Shown here in pieces: positions 52,101-64,000 of a DNA stretch of 64,000 bases. The translations under genes and the position numbers were made by a program. Numbering within the stretch: the stretch's first letter is position 1; each line of letters opens with the position of its first letter. Location of the stretch: NCBI GenBank assembly GCA_030704615.1, contig CM060732.1, positions 80,414,001 through 80,478,000 on the forward strand. The letters are read 5' to 3'. This DNA is from Takakia lepidozioides (lineage: Eukaryota > Plantae > Bryophyta). Under the pieces are notes generated by a model. The model made no database searches and was not told where the DNA came from. It saw only the letters and a program-made list of their open reading frames with translations.

Positions 52101-52644
52101 CTAGTGAGTAAGCGAGCGAGCCGGAAAGCGACCAAGGAGTGGGGAGCTATTCTAGACTGCCATCTACCAAAGGGAATTTCCACTAGGCCCAAATTGGTGG
52201 AGGGTCTGGTGGAAGAGTAAAAGGGGATCGTTATGTCCCGGTGAGCAGACGAAGCTCCAAAATTGGCCCGGCGGCGAGGTTGGGAGTTAGGCGCGTGCAT
52301 AATAATTCAGGGATGCCTCGGCGTGAGCGCAACTGCGTTCACGCTCCGTCACCTTGCGCCAATGCCACATCACAGGGCTCACTCCACGTCATCACACTTG
52401 AAGACCGCGTCACCACGCGCCCAGAAAGAAGTGGAGTGTATTCCCGCGGATTGGCACCCTTTACCGCGGAAACAAGCTGGACGACATAATAAAAGGCATT
52501 GAATAAAGAATGGATGAATGTACAGTTGGATGATAAACAGATGGATGAGTGTGAAAAATGAATGTAGATGGATGAATGAGGGATGGATAAGAGTCAAAGT
52601 AACTATGACTTGAAGGGGAACTTACCGGAGTGAGGTGCGCGACA
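46160..52644 (+). mobile_element. Ty3/gypsy chromovirus, two LTRs, defective
   Basis: 5' LTR 46160-46886, PBS TGGTATCAGAGC at 46889, 3' LTR 51628-52644, TGCAG TSD. Gag with CFNCGELGHMAKKC, protease LLDTGASH, RT YIDDIL, RNase H TDASDFAIG, integrase, chromodomain YEVEAVL..YLVKWKGY. Confidence 0.95.
46942..50723 (+). pseudogene. gag-pol of the chromovirus (frameshifts; RT N-terminal deletion near 48370)
   Basis: ORFs 46888-47997, 47892-48131, 48356-48649, 48603-48797, 48748-49911 and 49890-50723 tile the polyprotein. [10 protein letters not shown] is joined directly to YGSYEF. Confidence 0.9.
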
Positions 52645-52857
52645 TGCAGCATGCGTATTCATGCAGCCGTTTAACTGATATGTATCATCTATTAATTTAT
52701 ATCTACATATGTATATACATGTATTTATTTATATTTGTTTTCACTTGATATTTGATAAACTTGTAAGTCAAGATCTTGAAACTTCCTCTGAGTCACTCTG
52801 GAAGTTTTCCCTTTCAATTATTCGGGAGATTTTCCCGTTGTGGCCACTTGATGTATT

Positions 52858-52955
52858 GGGGAAAGCCCTCATTGGAGGGCAATCCTGGATTTAAGGGCCC
52901 CAAGTCCAGGGCGGGCCCGAAAATCCAGGAATGCCCCACACGAGGTGCTTTCCCC
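52858..52955. repeat. ~100-bp imperfect hairpin, possible mini-MITE
   Basis: GGGGAAAGC..GGGCAATCCTGGATTT .. AAATCCAGGAATGCCC..GCTTTCCCC. Confidence 0.65.
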
Positions 52956-53254
52956 TATGTAAAGATAAAAGGATGCCAAACCACTTCTAGACTTAAGTGT
53001 ACTAGTTGCATATAACAATACAAAATTTAATAGTTTATCTTTATATTTTAATCATTTTTAAAGTCATTTTTAGTATTCATCTTTTTAGTCGTAACCTAAA
53101 CTTATTAGAATCATTAAAAGTTACATTACTGTACGAATTAAATCAACACGTATTTACTATTAAAAATAATTAAAAAATTATTCAAATTTTAACTGTTATA
53201 CAACCAGTCACTTGTAGCTACACAATGCTCTTAAACATGTAACAATCAAGTATG

Positions 53255-53293
<39 letters not shown>

Positions 53294-53487
53294 ACAACAT
53301 TCACCATTTTCTAAACATCTAAAGATCGGACATGTAACAATCTCATTCTAAGTATTTCAATCTATTTTCTTTTTCTTTTTACTGTAATTAATTAAGAGAG
53401 TCGGACTATAGGCAACATTGTCAAAAACTGCGGAAGATGTACAGGTATGTTGGAAGAGGCTAAGCGAGATCATGAGAGACTCGAAAA

Positions 53488-56310
53488 CTCTAAAAGAATA
53501 GAATATTTCCTAAGGGAAATAGAAAAAATATAAACTACTATAATCAATGTATCAACTTGGTCATTATATTTATGAATCATATATACTATTTATATGTACC
53601 GACAAAATTGGTAGGTTGTCATCATTTATTATAATTAAGACAAAACTTTATTTTCGATAAATGTTCATACATCATTGTAATATCATTTTTTGAAATAAGC
53701 CTTTATGTATTAGTACCTATGTTAAGAATAAAAACAATAGTAAGATATTATTTATAACTGCCCTTAGGACTCCTTAGGATTGCCCTAAGGAGTCCTAAGG
53801 GAGGGAAAATAAAAATATGTAAATTATTATTTATAACTCTAAAAGAAAAGAATATTTCCTAAGGGAAATTTAAAAAAATAAATTACTATACTAAATGTAT
53901 CAACTTTGGTCATTATATTTATGAATCACATATATTATTTATTGGTATGTACTGACAAAATTGGTAGGTTGTCATCATTTATTATAATTAAGACAAAACT
54001 TTATTTCGATAAACGTTCATATATATCCATTTGTAATACTGACATCCTTTTTTGAAATAAGCCTTTACGTGTTGGTACCTATGTTAAAAATAGAAAAATA
54101 ATAAGATATTATTTATAACTGCCCTTATGACTCCTTAGGATTGCCCTGGGGAATCCTAAGGGGGGGAAGGGAAATATATAAATTATTATTTATAATTGCC
54201 TTTAGGACTGCTTAGGGCGGCCCTAAGGAGTCCTAAGAGGAGGGAAATGAAAACATATCTATTATTATTTATAATTACCCTTAGGACTTCTTAGGACAGT
54301 CCTAAGGAGTAATAAGAGTAAAAAAATGGAAAGACATAAATATTTGCCCTTAACCCTTAAGTTCCCAAGCCCTTTTTTGACTTTTTTACCAATTTTGGGT
54401 ACCCAGCTACCCCTAGAAACCTACCAAAAATCATCCAGAGATTCCAGCCTTACAGCAATGGGCCCAGCTCATTTATGCATGACATAGCAAAAAATGAGCC
54501 AAGTCCACCGTGGAAATTATGAGATTATAGCGTTGGCCCGGACCTCAAAACTCAGGTCCCAAGGAAAAAAGTGCGAAAGAAATTGGTTTGACCAAATCAA
54601 AACCTAGCTTTATCCAATTTTGCTTGCCCCAAGACCCACCATTTCCAAATCAATAGTGGAGTGGCTATGACCCCACTAAATTGCAGGTCCAACTGATTTT
54701 TTCATCTATGCTTGCTATGCATGCAATTACATGGGGTTGAAATCTCAAAATTGACAAGAGAAAATGTGCCTCCAAATGAAGTACTTTTTTTTCTACAAAT
54801 TTTTTAAAAGCCAATGGTGGATGTGTGTATGTAATGCTCACACACCACAAGGTGAAGTGCTTTTTCCAAAATTGCTAGTTTTATGCCAAAAATGGCCTTT
54901 GGAGTGCAATCTGTTTTGGGCTTGTTTACTTGCCACGTCAGCGGTCAACAAGCCCTTTTCAGGCCCCAAAACGTAAATGAGAGTTCTAAGATATTTTTTG
55001 TAGGTTGAAGCTTTTGTTTTTTTTATAATTTTGTTTCTTGCATGTACTCTAGACAAATCCTTTGTCATTAAAGCTTCAGGAGTGGGCCCCATCATATTAG
55101 ATCTGTAAAAATTAGGTCGAACTGCAAATTCAAAGTGACCTGATTCAGGTCGCTTGGGAACTTAAGGGTTAAGACCCGTTTAGGCAGCCTAAGGGGTTAT
55201 AAGAAGGGGAGAATGGAAACATATAAATTATTATATATAATTGCCCTTAGGAGGGCGGCCCTAAGGAGTCATAAGAGGGAAAAAATGGAAAAAATATAAA
55301 TGATAGAAAAAATAAAAAATAAAAAATAAAACATTATTATTTATAATTACCCTTAGGATTTCTTAGGATAGTCCTAAAGAGTCCTAAGAGGAGAAAATAA
55401 GAAAGACATAAATAATTGCCCTTAAGACCCGTTTAGGAGCTTAAGGAGTTATAAGAAGGGGGAAATGGAACATATAATTATTATCTATAATTGTCCTTAG
55501 GGCTCCTTAGGACTGCCCTAAGGAGTTATAAGAGGGGAAAATAGAAATATATAAATTATTATTATAATTGCCTTTAGGACTCCTTAGGGTGGCCCTAAGA
55601 GTCCTAAGAGAGGAAAAAATAAAAATATATAAACTATTATTTATAATTATCCTTAGGACTCCTTAGGACAGTCCTAAGAGGAGAAAAATGGAAAGACATA
55701 AATAATTGCCCTTAAGACCCGTTTAGGCAGCCTAAGGGGTTATAAGAGGGGGAAAATAGAAACGTATAAATTATTATACTATAGATTATGATGTAACATT
55801 CAAAAGTGGTATAATCACAGTGTAATGAATTTTGATGATTTCCTGGAAATATAAGATAGTGCTTTTTAGTTATCTGATAGTGTGTCAAATATGTTAGAAG
55901 AAAACAAAACAAAACGAAATGAAACGAAAGAGAAAGAACGAAGTGAAAAAATGAAAAGAACTTAGGACTCCTTAGCACTCCTTAGGGCCGCCCTAAGGAG
56001 TCCTAATGGCAATTATAAATAACAAAATACATCTTTCCATTTTCCCCCTCTTAGGAGGCTATTATAAATAATAATTTCTTTCATTCTTTTTTCCCACTCC
56101 TATGACTTTTTAGGGGCGCCCTAAGGAGTCCTAAGGGCAATAATTTACCTCTTTCAATTTTTCCCTTCCTAAGGAGTCCTAAGGGCAATTATAGATAATA
56201 ATTTATATGTTTCTATTTTTCCCCTCTTATAAAACCTTAGGTTGCCGAAACGGGTCTTAAGGACGATTATTTATGTCTTTCCATTTTTTTCCTCTTAGGA
56301 CTGTCTTAAA
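53488..56310. repeat. Foldback-like modular array of CCTTAGG/CCTAAGG palindromes in AT-rich spacers; right portion inverted
   Basis: ~65-bp modules CCTTAGGACTCCTTAGG..CCTAAGGAGTCCTAAG. 55960-56310 is the reverse complement of modules at 55370-55790. A ~330-bp direct duplication starts at 53488 and 53838. Confidence 0.82.
54354..55168. mobile_element. Non-autonomous TTAA-specific element with CCCT termini (piggyBac-like)
   Basis: 17-bp perfect TIR CCCTTAAGTTCCCAAGC, TTAA duplicated at 54350-54353 and 55169-55172. The empty site TTGCCC-TTAA-GACCCGTTTAGG is present in sister modules near 55416 and 55706. Confidence 0.85.
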
Positions 56311-56545
56311 TAATTCCATGCATTATCATGAATCAATCATTATCAGTTACAATCATCTGTTATTTTTACTTACTACATAATTATTTATTCATATCACTTT
56401 ATATTTTATCATTATATTTTTATATTTCAAATTTAAAGTATTAGATATTTATATTATTTATATAAATGAATATACTAAACTATTTATTTAAAAGAACCAA
56501 AATTGTAATATATATATTTATTTAAATATAATGATGTATATTATC

Positions 56546-58915
56546 AACAACGGCTCCGGGGCTAATGTTTCCCGTGCCTTGGATTGCTTATCCATTTTCT
56601 ACGAAGCATCAGGTCTTGGTGTGAATTGGAGGAAATCGGTTGGTATGCTCTCGAAGCTTCGGACTGACAACTCCTCTTCTCACTGTCAACAGTGGGGTCA
56701 GGATTTCAACCTCCGTTGGCTGGATGATGGGGAGTGCCACGTTCTTTTGGGTCACCTCATTGGACATGGCCTAGATGACTCCCACAGATGTTACTCCATC
56801 TTGGCGCACCTTAAGAAGCATCTGGCCTATTGGAGCTCTTTACATGTCACCATCATTGGTCGAGCGTTAATTGCCAATCAGATTTTGCTGGGTTCTTGTT
56901 GGTTCATATCCTCCGTATGGTCCACTGGAGCTGTCTTTATCAAGAAGGTTAAAGCTCTAATCCGCAATTTCATTTGGGGAGCCACACCTTCAAGGCCAAA
57001 CTGTAGGGCTTTAGTTAGCTGGGACAAGATCGCGCAGAAAAAGAAAAACAGTGGCATGGGGATCCTCGATCCGGACACACAAATATGCACTCTACTCGCT
57101 AAGTGGGTTCCACGAATTTTTGGGAATCTCGCTCCTCTGTGGAGCATCCTGGTCAAGCAACATATTCTACGTGCCACCCCCTCCTTCTCGAACTTATGGC
57201 CTCAATCTCTAAAGTGGGTGATTCATGGCGGTTCTTTAAACGCTAAGCCAGGGGTGGGATCGTTGGCAAAGAACTATTTGGGCAGCCTGGATCAGGCTGT
57301 GCCTCCACCTCCGCCAATTGGGCCCTTCCACCCCCGAAGAGGTGTCCAGACAACCTCTTTTCGGCAACACAAATGGAGAGGCTGCTGCTCTAGTAAGATG
57401 CTCTAATCATTGGGCTCCTTGGGAGGCTACCAACATCAACCATTTCTCCCACGTTTGGGAAAATGGTGCCTTGTTACCTATGACTGAAGCTACAACCAAC
57501 TTATTTAGCAGAAGACGTATGCAGGCTGGGACCTGGTCACTAGCAATTTTCCATCTCTTTGGATTTCCCTTGCCTCCTATCCTGCAAATCTTAGAATGTT
57601 GCCTGCCTGGGTTGGCTTTGACACAGCTGAAGACAAAATTGCCTTCTTTGCCATGGCTAGATCTGACGCCTTGCTGAATGGATGGAAGTTCCAGGTTAAG
57701 CCCTCTAGCTCCCTTATCTCACCTATCCTTTGTGATCTGCCTGAACATCAATGTTATGCCATTCGTGTTTGGTGTATGGCCTCAGGGGAGACGAACCCAA
57801 AGCTGGAAAATGGTTCGTATACCAACCCTTTTCTCCATTGGTTCCTACAATCACCCATCTCCCTCCTCCAATTTGACCCGGGGGAATGGGTTTGGAAGGA
57901 CAAGAAGCATTCTCATTTCTTTAAGTACTCGGTTATGTTGGGGGCCTCCCTTCTCAAACCTGCTGTGTCCATGGATTCCAAATGGTCTGGCAAATGGGCC
58001 CACATTCTTGATTGCCCTTCATCGTGGTCCTTGGTTTGGAAAGATGTATGGCGCAAAGATAGAGCATCTAAGATTACGGGTTTCTTGTGGAAATTAGTCA
58101 ACAAGATTCTTCCTGTCCGTGTTCATTTTCAGTGGTTCTATGGAATGTGACCATTGTAATCTGCAGGCTCCTAAGACCATTGAACATTGTTTGGTCAATT
58201 GTCCCCTGGCTTCAACTGTTTGGAACCATGTCGGTGCTTTCTACAGACAGTGGCAAACTCTTACTTTTCCTTGTGTTTTCGATTCAGCTTCTTAATTTCT
58301 CTGATCAGAGCCCTTACCTTATGGCATGTTTGGAAAGCAAGATGTAAGAGAGTCTTCGGTGGGAGACCAAGTAGTGTCAGAGTCATTTTGTGCTTGATTC
58401 ATGCAGACTTAATGTCTTAAGCCCGTAAGGCTTGGCGGGTGTTGAGTGAAGCTGTTTGCAGGTGCAGCAACAGACGAAGGGACCATCTTTCTCACAGTTT
58501 GACAACTCGTGGGGCAAGAGATAGATCATCTGCTCTAGAGACTCACCCTCGGGAATTCGCTGGAACGACTCCATCCCTTCCAGCTGGGAGCTCGTTTAGT
58601 GTTCCTCCTTCTCCGGCAGATGGCGAGGAATCTGAAGTGAACTGGAGACACTGCCGCCGCTCTCTTAGAAAAACTCGATCTAGGACGCAGCTCTCCTTTC
58701 AGACATACAAAAGGAAGCGTGATAGCTACTAGGGTAATTAATTCCAAGTTGTTTAGCTTGGTCTCTCCTTGGCCAATTCGGTTGGCCCTCTTTTTTCTTT
58801 GTTCTTGGTGACGAAGCAGTGTCTTCCTGGGTCAACCTCTATGGCACCCGTTAGAGAGGTTATTTTTTCCTCGAATGTATCCCCTACACATTTTCACCCC
58901 TGCTATAAAGTAAAC
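56546..58915 (+). mobile_element. L1/Tx1-type LINE, 3' part of ORF2 (post-RT and zf-RVT), degenerate
   Basis: FYEASGLGVNWRKS, GRALIANQIL, IRNFIWG, VSWDKI..K..SGMGILD, LLAKW, WKDVW..KITGFLWK..ILPV, C..C..TIEHCL..CP. Confidence 0.85.
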
Positions 58916-59384
58916 ATATTTTCCAATATATATATATATATAATAAAAATAACTATATTATCAATTTATATCATGCTTTCAATGTCAGATTCATCATTCA
59001 AATTTAAATCTAATCAATCAAGTTATCTATCATATTACATCTCAAAAACTTCAAATATTTCAAATATAATATTTATATTAATAAATTTATTTAACGAATA
59101 ATAATAAATATATATTTAATGATATAATATGTATTAAAATACTTTAAATATAAATCAATGTATAATATATAATGTATAATACTATGGTTAATCTTTAAGG
59201 CCTTTGGCCACAATTTTGTATGCTATAATGGATAGCTATAAGGGTTCCCTATACAGATTTTATTTTTTTTATGAAAACCAGCGCTGAAACGAGTCCAATC
59301 TGATATAAGAGTTTATATTCCTATATTGTATAGTGTGTATATATCCATATGTATACATCAAATATGACATATATAATATTGATT

Positions 59385-60128
59385 ACTTAGTTCACTCAGA
59401 CATGTTGTCTGAGGCTCGCAAGGCATGGGATGTTTTGGTGGCAGCTCTTTCCAGGTGTAATAACAGAAGGAGAAACCAGCTTGTTGCAGCATTTGATAGC
59501 TCGTGGGGGAGGGAAGGGTTCTTCTGCAGACGGATTTCAGAGTCAAGAGTTCAGTGGTTCGAAGACCTCCCACCCTGCTGGCAACTCCATAGGAGCCAAA
59601 CGGCCCCTCCTCGAATCTGAAGAAGGAGAAGTGAATTGGAGGCACAAAAGAAGTCTTAGAACGGCAAAATCTAAGGCGCAGTTATCATTTGAGAATCCCA
59701 AAAGGAAGCGGGGTTCCTCTTGATTACGAGAAGGATTCTAGTTCCCTACCTTCCTTTTTGGAAGATTTGATCATTTCTTTGGTCAGTCAGGCTGGGGCCA
59801 GGATACCCCTTTCTTGATCTATGCTTCTTGCTCTCGTCCCTGCTGCTAGGGTTATTGGTTACATTTTCTTTCTTGCCATAGTTGTTTTGCTTCAATATGG
59901 TGTGTTCAGGCCCTGCTGATGGAGTGGAGCTCCCCACAGAAGTTGATGCTTGGCTCTTCTGCCATGCCTTAGCTTTGTCCACTTTATCTCCCCCCTCTCT
60001 TTAGATCTGCAGGCTCAGAGTGGTATCTCAGTTATCAGCCTTATGGCTCTCTGCAAGGTTATTTTTCCTTACCTCCTTTTTAATAAATTTACAGGGCTAC
60101 TATCCCCCTGTTCTATATATATATATAA
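59385..60128 (+). mobile_element. Second, diverged 3' fragment of the same L1-type family
   Basis: Translation (ARKAW..LSRCNNRRR..; EVNWRH..RSLR..QLSF..KRKR) parallels 58390-58732; ends in (TA)n. Confidence 0.7.
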
Positions 60129-60968
60129 ACAATATAGTTATTTGGCTAAAAATAATGTGATATTTTGGCTAAAATATATTAGGGTTTAGCCAGAACTTGT
60201 CGAAGTGGCCTTATGTAACAAAAACTTGGCACTAGCTGGCATCCTAAAGAAATGGGATGATTTCTTTTTCTTTTCATCCTTCTTTTATGCCTTTCTTCCC
60301 CCTATGGCTTCTCGTGAGAAAAGATCTTGAAGGTAAAGATAAGAAATGTCGCAGATGTGCATTACGCCCAGGGTGTAATGCAGTGGAACTCCTGGATAAT
60401 AGCCACATATTAACAAAGAGAAATCAGCCCTAGTTCTTTACGAGGGGCATCCTATACCTACTCAAGTTGTCACGCATGCATGGAAGTATTCAGCAAGGGG
60501 ATTTCATTCATTTACAAATATGGATAGAATATTCTCATTACACCTGTATCGATCAAATTCGAAACCCTTTGCCTTGTCATGCCTAGGAACGAAAGGGTAC
60601 AGTACCTGCAAAGGGAAGAGGCTCTTATTTACTCTAGCTCCGGCTGGCGTCATATATGGATATATGCCTCAGGAAGGCAAGGCCACCAAAAGTGAAAAAA
60701 GAAAAGAAAAGAAAAGAAAAAAAGCTGCAGACGATCTAAGTACAATGCTTTTGAGTGAAGGATGGGGATTTTCGCCGAATCGAGACCGTGGCGCTCATAT
60801 TGGAACCAATCTGAGCCGCTCGAAGAAAAAGATGGAAAACCTAGGTCAAAGACTAGACTCCCCTCTTTTGCCGGTTTCTCGCTATCACGGTTGCGATCGG
60901 TGGACGATCCTGGCTTGCATGCTCGCTCTCTGCGGCTTTGTTGCAGACTTGCGAGGAAGAGAGATTGC

Positions 60969-63897
60969 ATGGCAGGGACTGCACTGCTGCGTCACGCTAT
61001 TATGCCCGGCCCAATTTCACACTACAATCACCACTCTCTTGCTGTCGCAGGCCCAGCCCTTGAACTGGGGGCCGTTTTTTTGTCTCGTGTGTCTAGGGCT
61101 GGATTTTCTAGAGCCAGCGTCATCCCTTCCTCGACTTCTTTCATCTCGGGCACCAGTTTGGGAGCGTTTCGAAACCCTCCTGCGAAGGGAATTCGGATGG
61201 CGGATGCTGTGGGAGGGGGATTGGTTGAGGGAGTTCGCATGATGGGGGGAGGGCCTCGCACTTTCCCCGGTGGTGTTTCAAAGTGGCAATGGAAAAGAAT
61301 GCAAGAGAAGAAGCAGATGCAGATTGAAAAGGCCCGGCTAGTTAGGGAGAAGCAAATGTATGACGAAAGGCGACGTGCGGAATTGATGGTGGCGTCTCCG
61401 CTGCTCGAGAAACCATGGGAAAGAAATGGCCCTAATGTTAACTCTATTTTTCCTCCCTCTGGTACGGATCCAAAGGTCCGGGCTCTTGCAGACAGGTTTC
61501 GAAAGCACGGCGCTCAGGACCTTTGGACGGATGAGGATGGGCCTGAGGGAGCTGCGCGGCACGCCTCTCGTCCATCTGCCCGCTTTCTTCCCAAAGCTAC
61601 TATCCACAGCTCCGCTTTTTCTGAGAGAGGTGAATCGCATTCTTCTCAGGGTGGCCAATTTGCAGGGAGATTTGAGGATTGGGAGCATGCAAGCAACTTA
61701 GAAAATGCAGGACTTTCTTACCGCAGGTGGAGGGCCCAAAGATCTCTAGAAGAGCCTGATGGTCAAATGAGAGGTAACATAGAGATGCTATGGCGTTGCA
61801 TTAGAAAATCTGCAGAAATGGCTATTTCAGTTCAAACTGACAAACTTAGCATATTTTTTACATGCAAGTCAACCCAAATGATTAACCCGATTAAGGAATG
61901 GAGCCACGTATTTCTCTTTCCTAAGTCGGTGTCTCCTTCCCTCAGCCTGATTAGCCAATTTTGGTTGAACACATGGTTTCAGGCTATAAGTGCTGATTCT
62001 GGTACCGCTGGATTGTAGCAGGTCCGGTCAAACGTAGGATGGCTCCTCAGGCAGATCGCTTGGAGAGCGATTCAGCTCCGCCAGGAGAAGGAACCGTCCT
62101 CGTGAAGCGCAAGAAGGAGAAGGATTTTTCGGAGAGTGGTGAGGAAGGCGATGCTCTGGTGCCTGAAAGAAGAACACCTTCACACTTGTCTACTACAAGG
62201 TATGGGTTTTAGGGCTTAACATGATCTTGCTAGTATTTTGGGTCTTTTTCTGGAGGACAAAATTGTTTTAGAGGCTGATTTGGAATCCCAATCCTTGAGG
62301 TTGGTCGCACTTGGGGCTGTGTCTGTGTGTAGTAGAACTCTCTTCTATCTGTTTCTACGCAAGCTCTCCTGTTCCAGGTTACCCTCACTTCCTCAAAAAG
62401 ACTTCCCTCGTCTCTTTGTCTCTCTCTCTTTGTGTCTCTGTGTGTTGGTTTACAAGATGTGAATCCACTCGAGACTGTCCCTTCTTGATCCATGGCCAGT
62501 GTTTTTGTTTGAGGTGTACTATGGACAGACTGGAAGTGAGAAGTTTGCTTTCGCCAGGTCATTTGAGTTCGCCCTATGATCATCCGGTTTTTAGGGGCCA
62601 GGAGTTGAACTATCAATTGCCAAGTTGTGCAATATGTGGCCCTAGTCTGAACTGGTTTCACCTCTAGTTCCATGTACGTTTTGAAAACAAAGACACTGGC
62701 CATGGTGGACAGGAAGGGGAGGGGCCGGCTTTCCAATGTATTGGGAGTTAGAAGTGAGTGGGTTGGTCTTCCCCTCTTACTCTTATGGTAAGCCCTTTCC
62801 GAATATTTGGTAGCAAACATATAATGGGTTTCTTCTTGTGGAGTGGTGCCTACCAGTCTCTTGTTAAGTACTTAGTTTGTTTAATGCAAATGCCTAGAGA
62901 CTTGCAATAGGCGTTCTCAACAACTGAAGATAGCGGCACTTATTCCACAAACTTGTTTCTGGATCTCTTTACTATCCCTGTGGCTGCACTGCTTCAGCCC
63001 TCACGCAACTGTCACAAACTGATATCCTTCATCGTTCTCACTATTCTCACTAAGAGAACCTGTCCACTTGCATCAAACAGAGATGGGGGAGATACATCAC
63101 TCTAGATGTATCTCTAGAGCAAAGATTTTGGGGGTTTGACCTCACAAGGACAAAAACCCAGATTTGCAACAGCAATTTGCAAAGCCAACAACAAACCCGT
63201 GGCAGGGAATTATGCATTGTTTGATGTAAGAGCTGGCATTGCCCTTTTGCTAAAATATAGTAGGTTGATTCCAGCCCTGGTACTACCCAGGGTACACATT
63301 CTAGTCTACCTCCCCCTGCTTGAAAACAACTCAGGGAGGTTGCAAATGCAGGAACTAAACTTCTTGTCCTTGCAGCAATGAAGAGCCCTAGCGGTCATGC
63401 ACATAACTCTTGCACGTCCCAATTGCTGGCCATCCTCCCAACTGTGAGAAAAATTGTCAACCATACAGTGAAAATTGTTAACCCACAAGCATGTGTAACC
63501 ATTGTCTGTGGTGTACCCAGAAAAGCCTTTGCCATCGGTTACCATAACCATAGGCAGTGTCCTTAGGATAGTGGGTGCTTTCTGGTCTGAAATGAGCCGG
63601 AGGTATTCGCCTCAGTGGCCAAACGGAAAATATGCAAAGTGTCTTGTTTACTGTCGAATTCTTCTGGAAATTTGCATCCCCTCTCAGTTTGATTTGAGAA
63701 GGGAAGGCTGGGCACCCAAATATGAGGTTGATCTGGGTAGAGAGATGCAGGAATGACTCTTGACATAATTTTACGTGCTGGTTTCAGATTCTCTGAGTTT
63801 GACATATCTCCGCTGTCACTGAAGGCCATCCACGAGGTTATGGGATTTAAAACTATGACTGTGGTGCAAGATGCTACGCTTCCTACCATCCTCCAAG
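60969..63897 (+). CDS. DEAD-box RNA helicase of the plant RH33/RH48 type, organellar; first three exons only, gene continues past the window
   Basis: MGGGPRTFPGGVSKWQWKRM N-terminal signature after a transit-peptide-like leader. Exons 60969-61773, 62022-62199 and 63788-63897 splice in frame and give the Q motif RFSEFDISPLSLKAI..GFKTMTVVQ. Start codon inferred. Confidence 0.85.
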
Positions 63898-64000
63898 GTA
63901 CACATACCTTCTGTGTTGTTTTCAAACTTGTTCATTCATATCAGTCTCCTATGTCCTGTCCAGGAATCGGCACTTCTGAAATTTGTACTGGGTAAAATTT

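Noticed and set aside
60520-61242. 240-aa ORF overlapping the helicase start
   Set aside because: Alternate frame of the helicase exon; the conserved signature lies in the other frame.

Overview
Eukaryotic, intron-rich plant DNA; the gene and transposon repertoire suggests a non-seed land plant (inference). It holds three host genes: an intact 9-exon CYP85-clan cytochrome P450 (minus strand, 2316-6714), a 12-exon serine incorporator (SERINC) gene with a U12-type intron (plus strand, 25579-34008), and the 5' part of an RH33/RH48-type organellar DEAD-box helicase (plus strand, from 60969, running off the window). There is also a pseudogene remnant of an OSB-type PDF-motif protein. The rest is layered transposable elements: RTE/RTEX-like and L1-like LINE fragments, a TSD-bounded chromovirus, a hollowed-out Copia element, two PIF/Harbinger elements, a hAT fragment, MITEs, a foldback-type palindrome array and a TTAA-specific piggyBac-like insertion. 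The standout is a degenerate Ty3/gypsy-type retrotransposon (minus strand, about 11.4-19.1 kb). Its pol region carries a DNMT3-like C5-cytosine methyltransferase domain (motifs I, IV PCQ, VI ENV, IX and X read across frameshifts) between protease and reverse transcriptase. All coordinates and family assignments come from manual reading; no searches were run.
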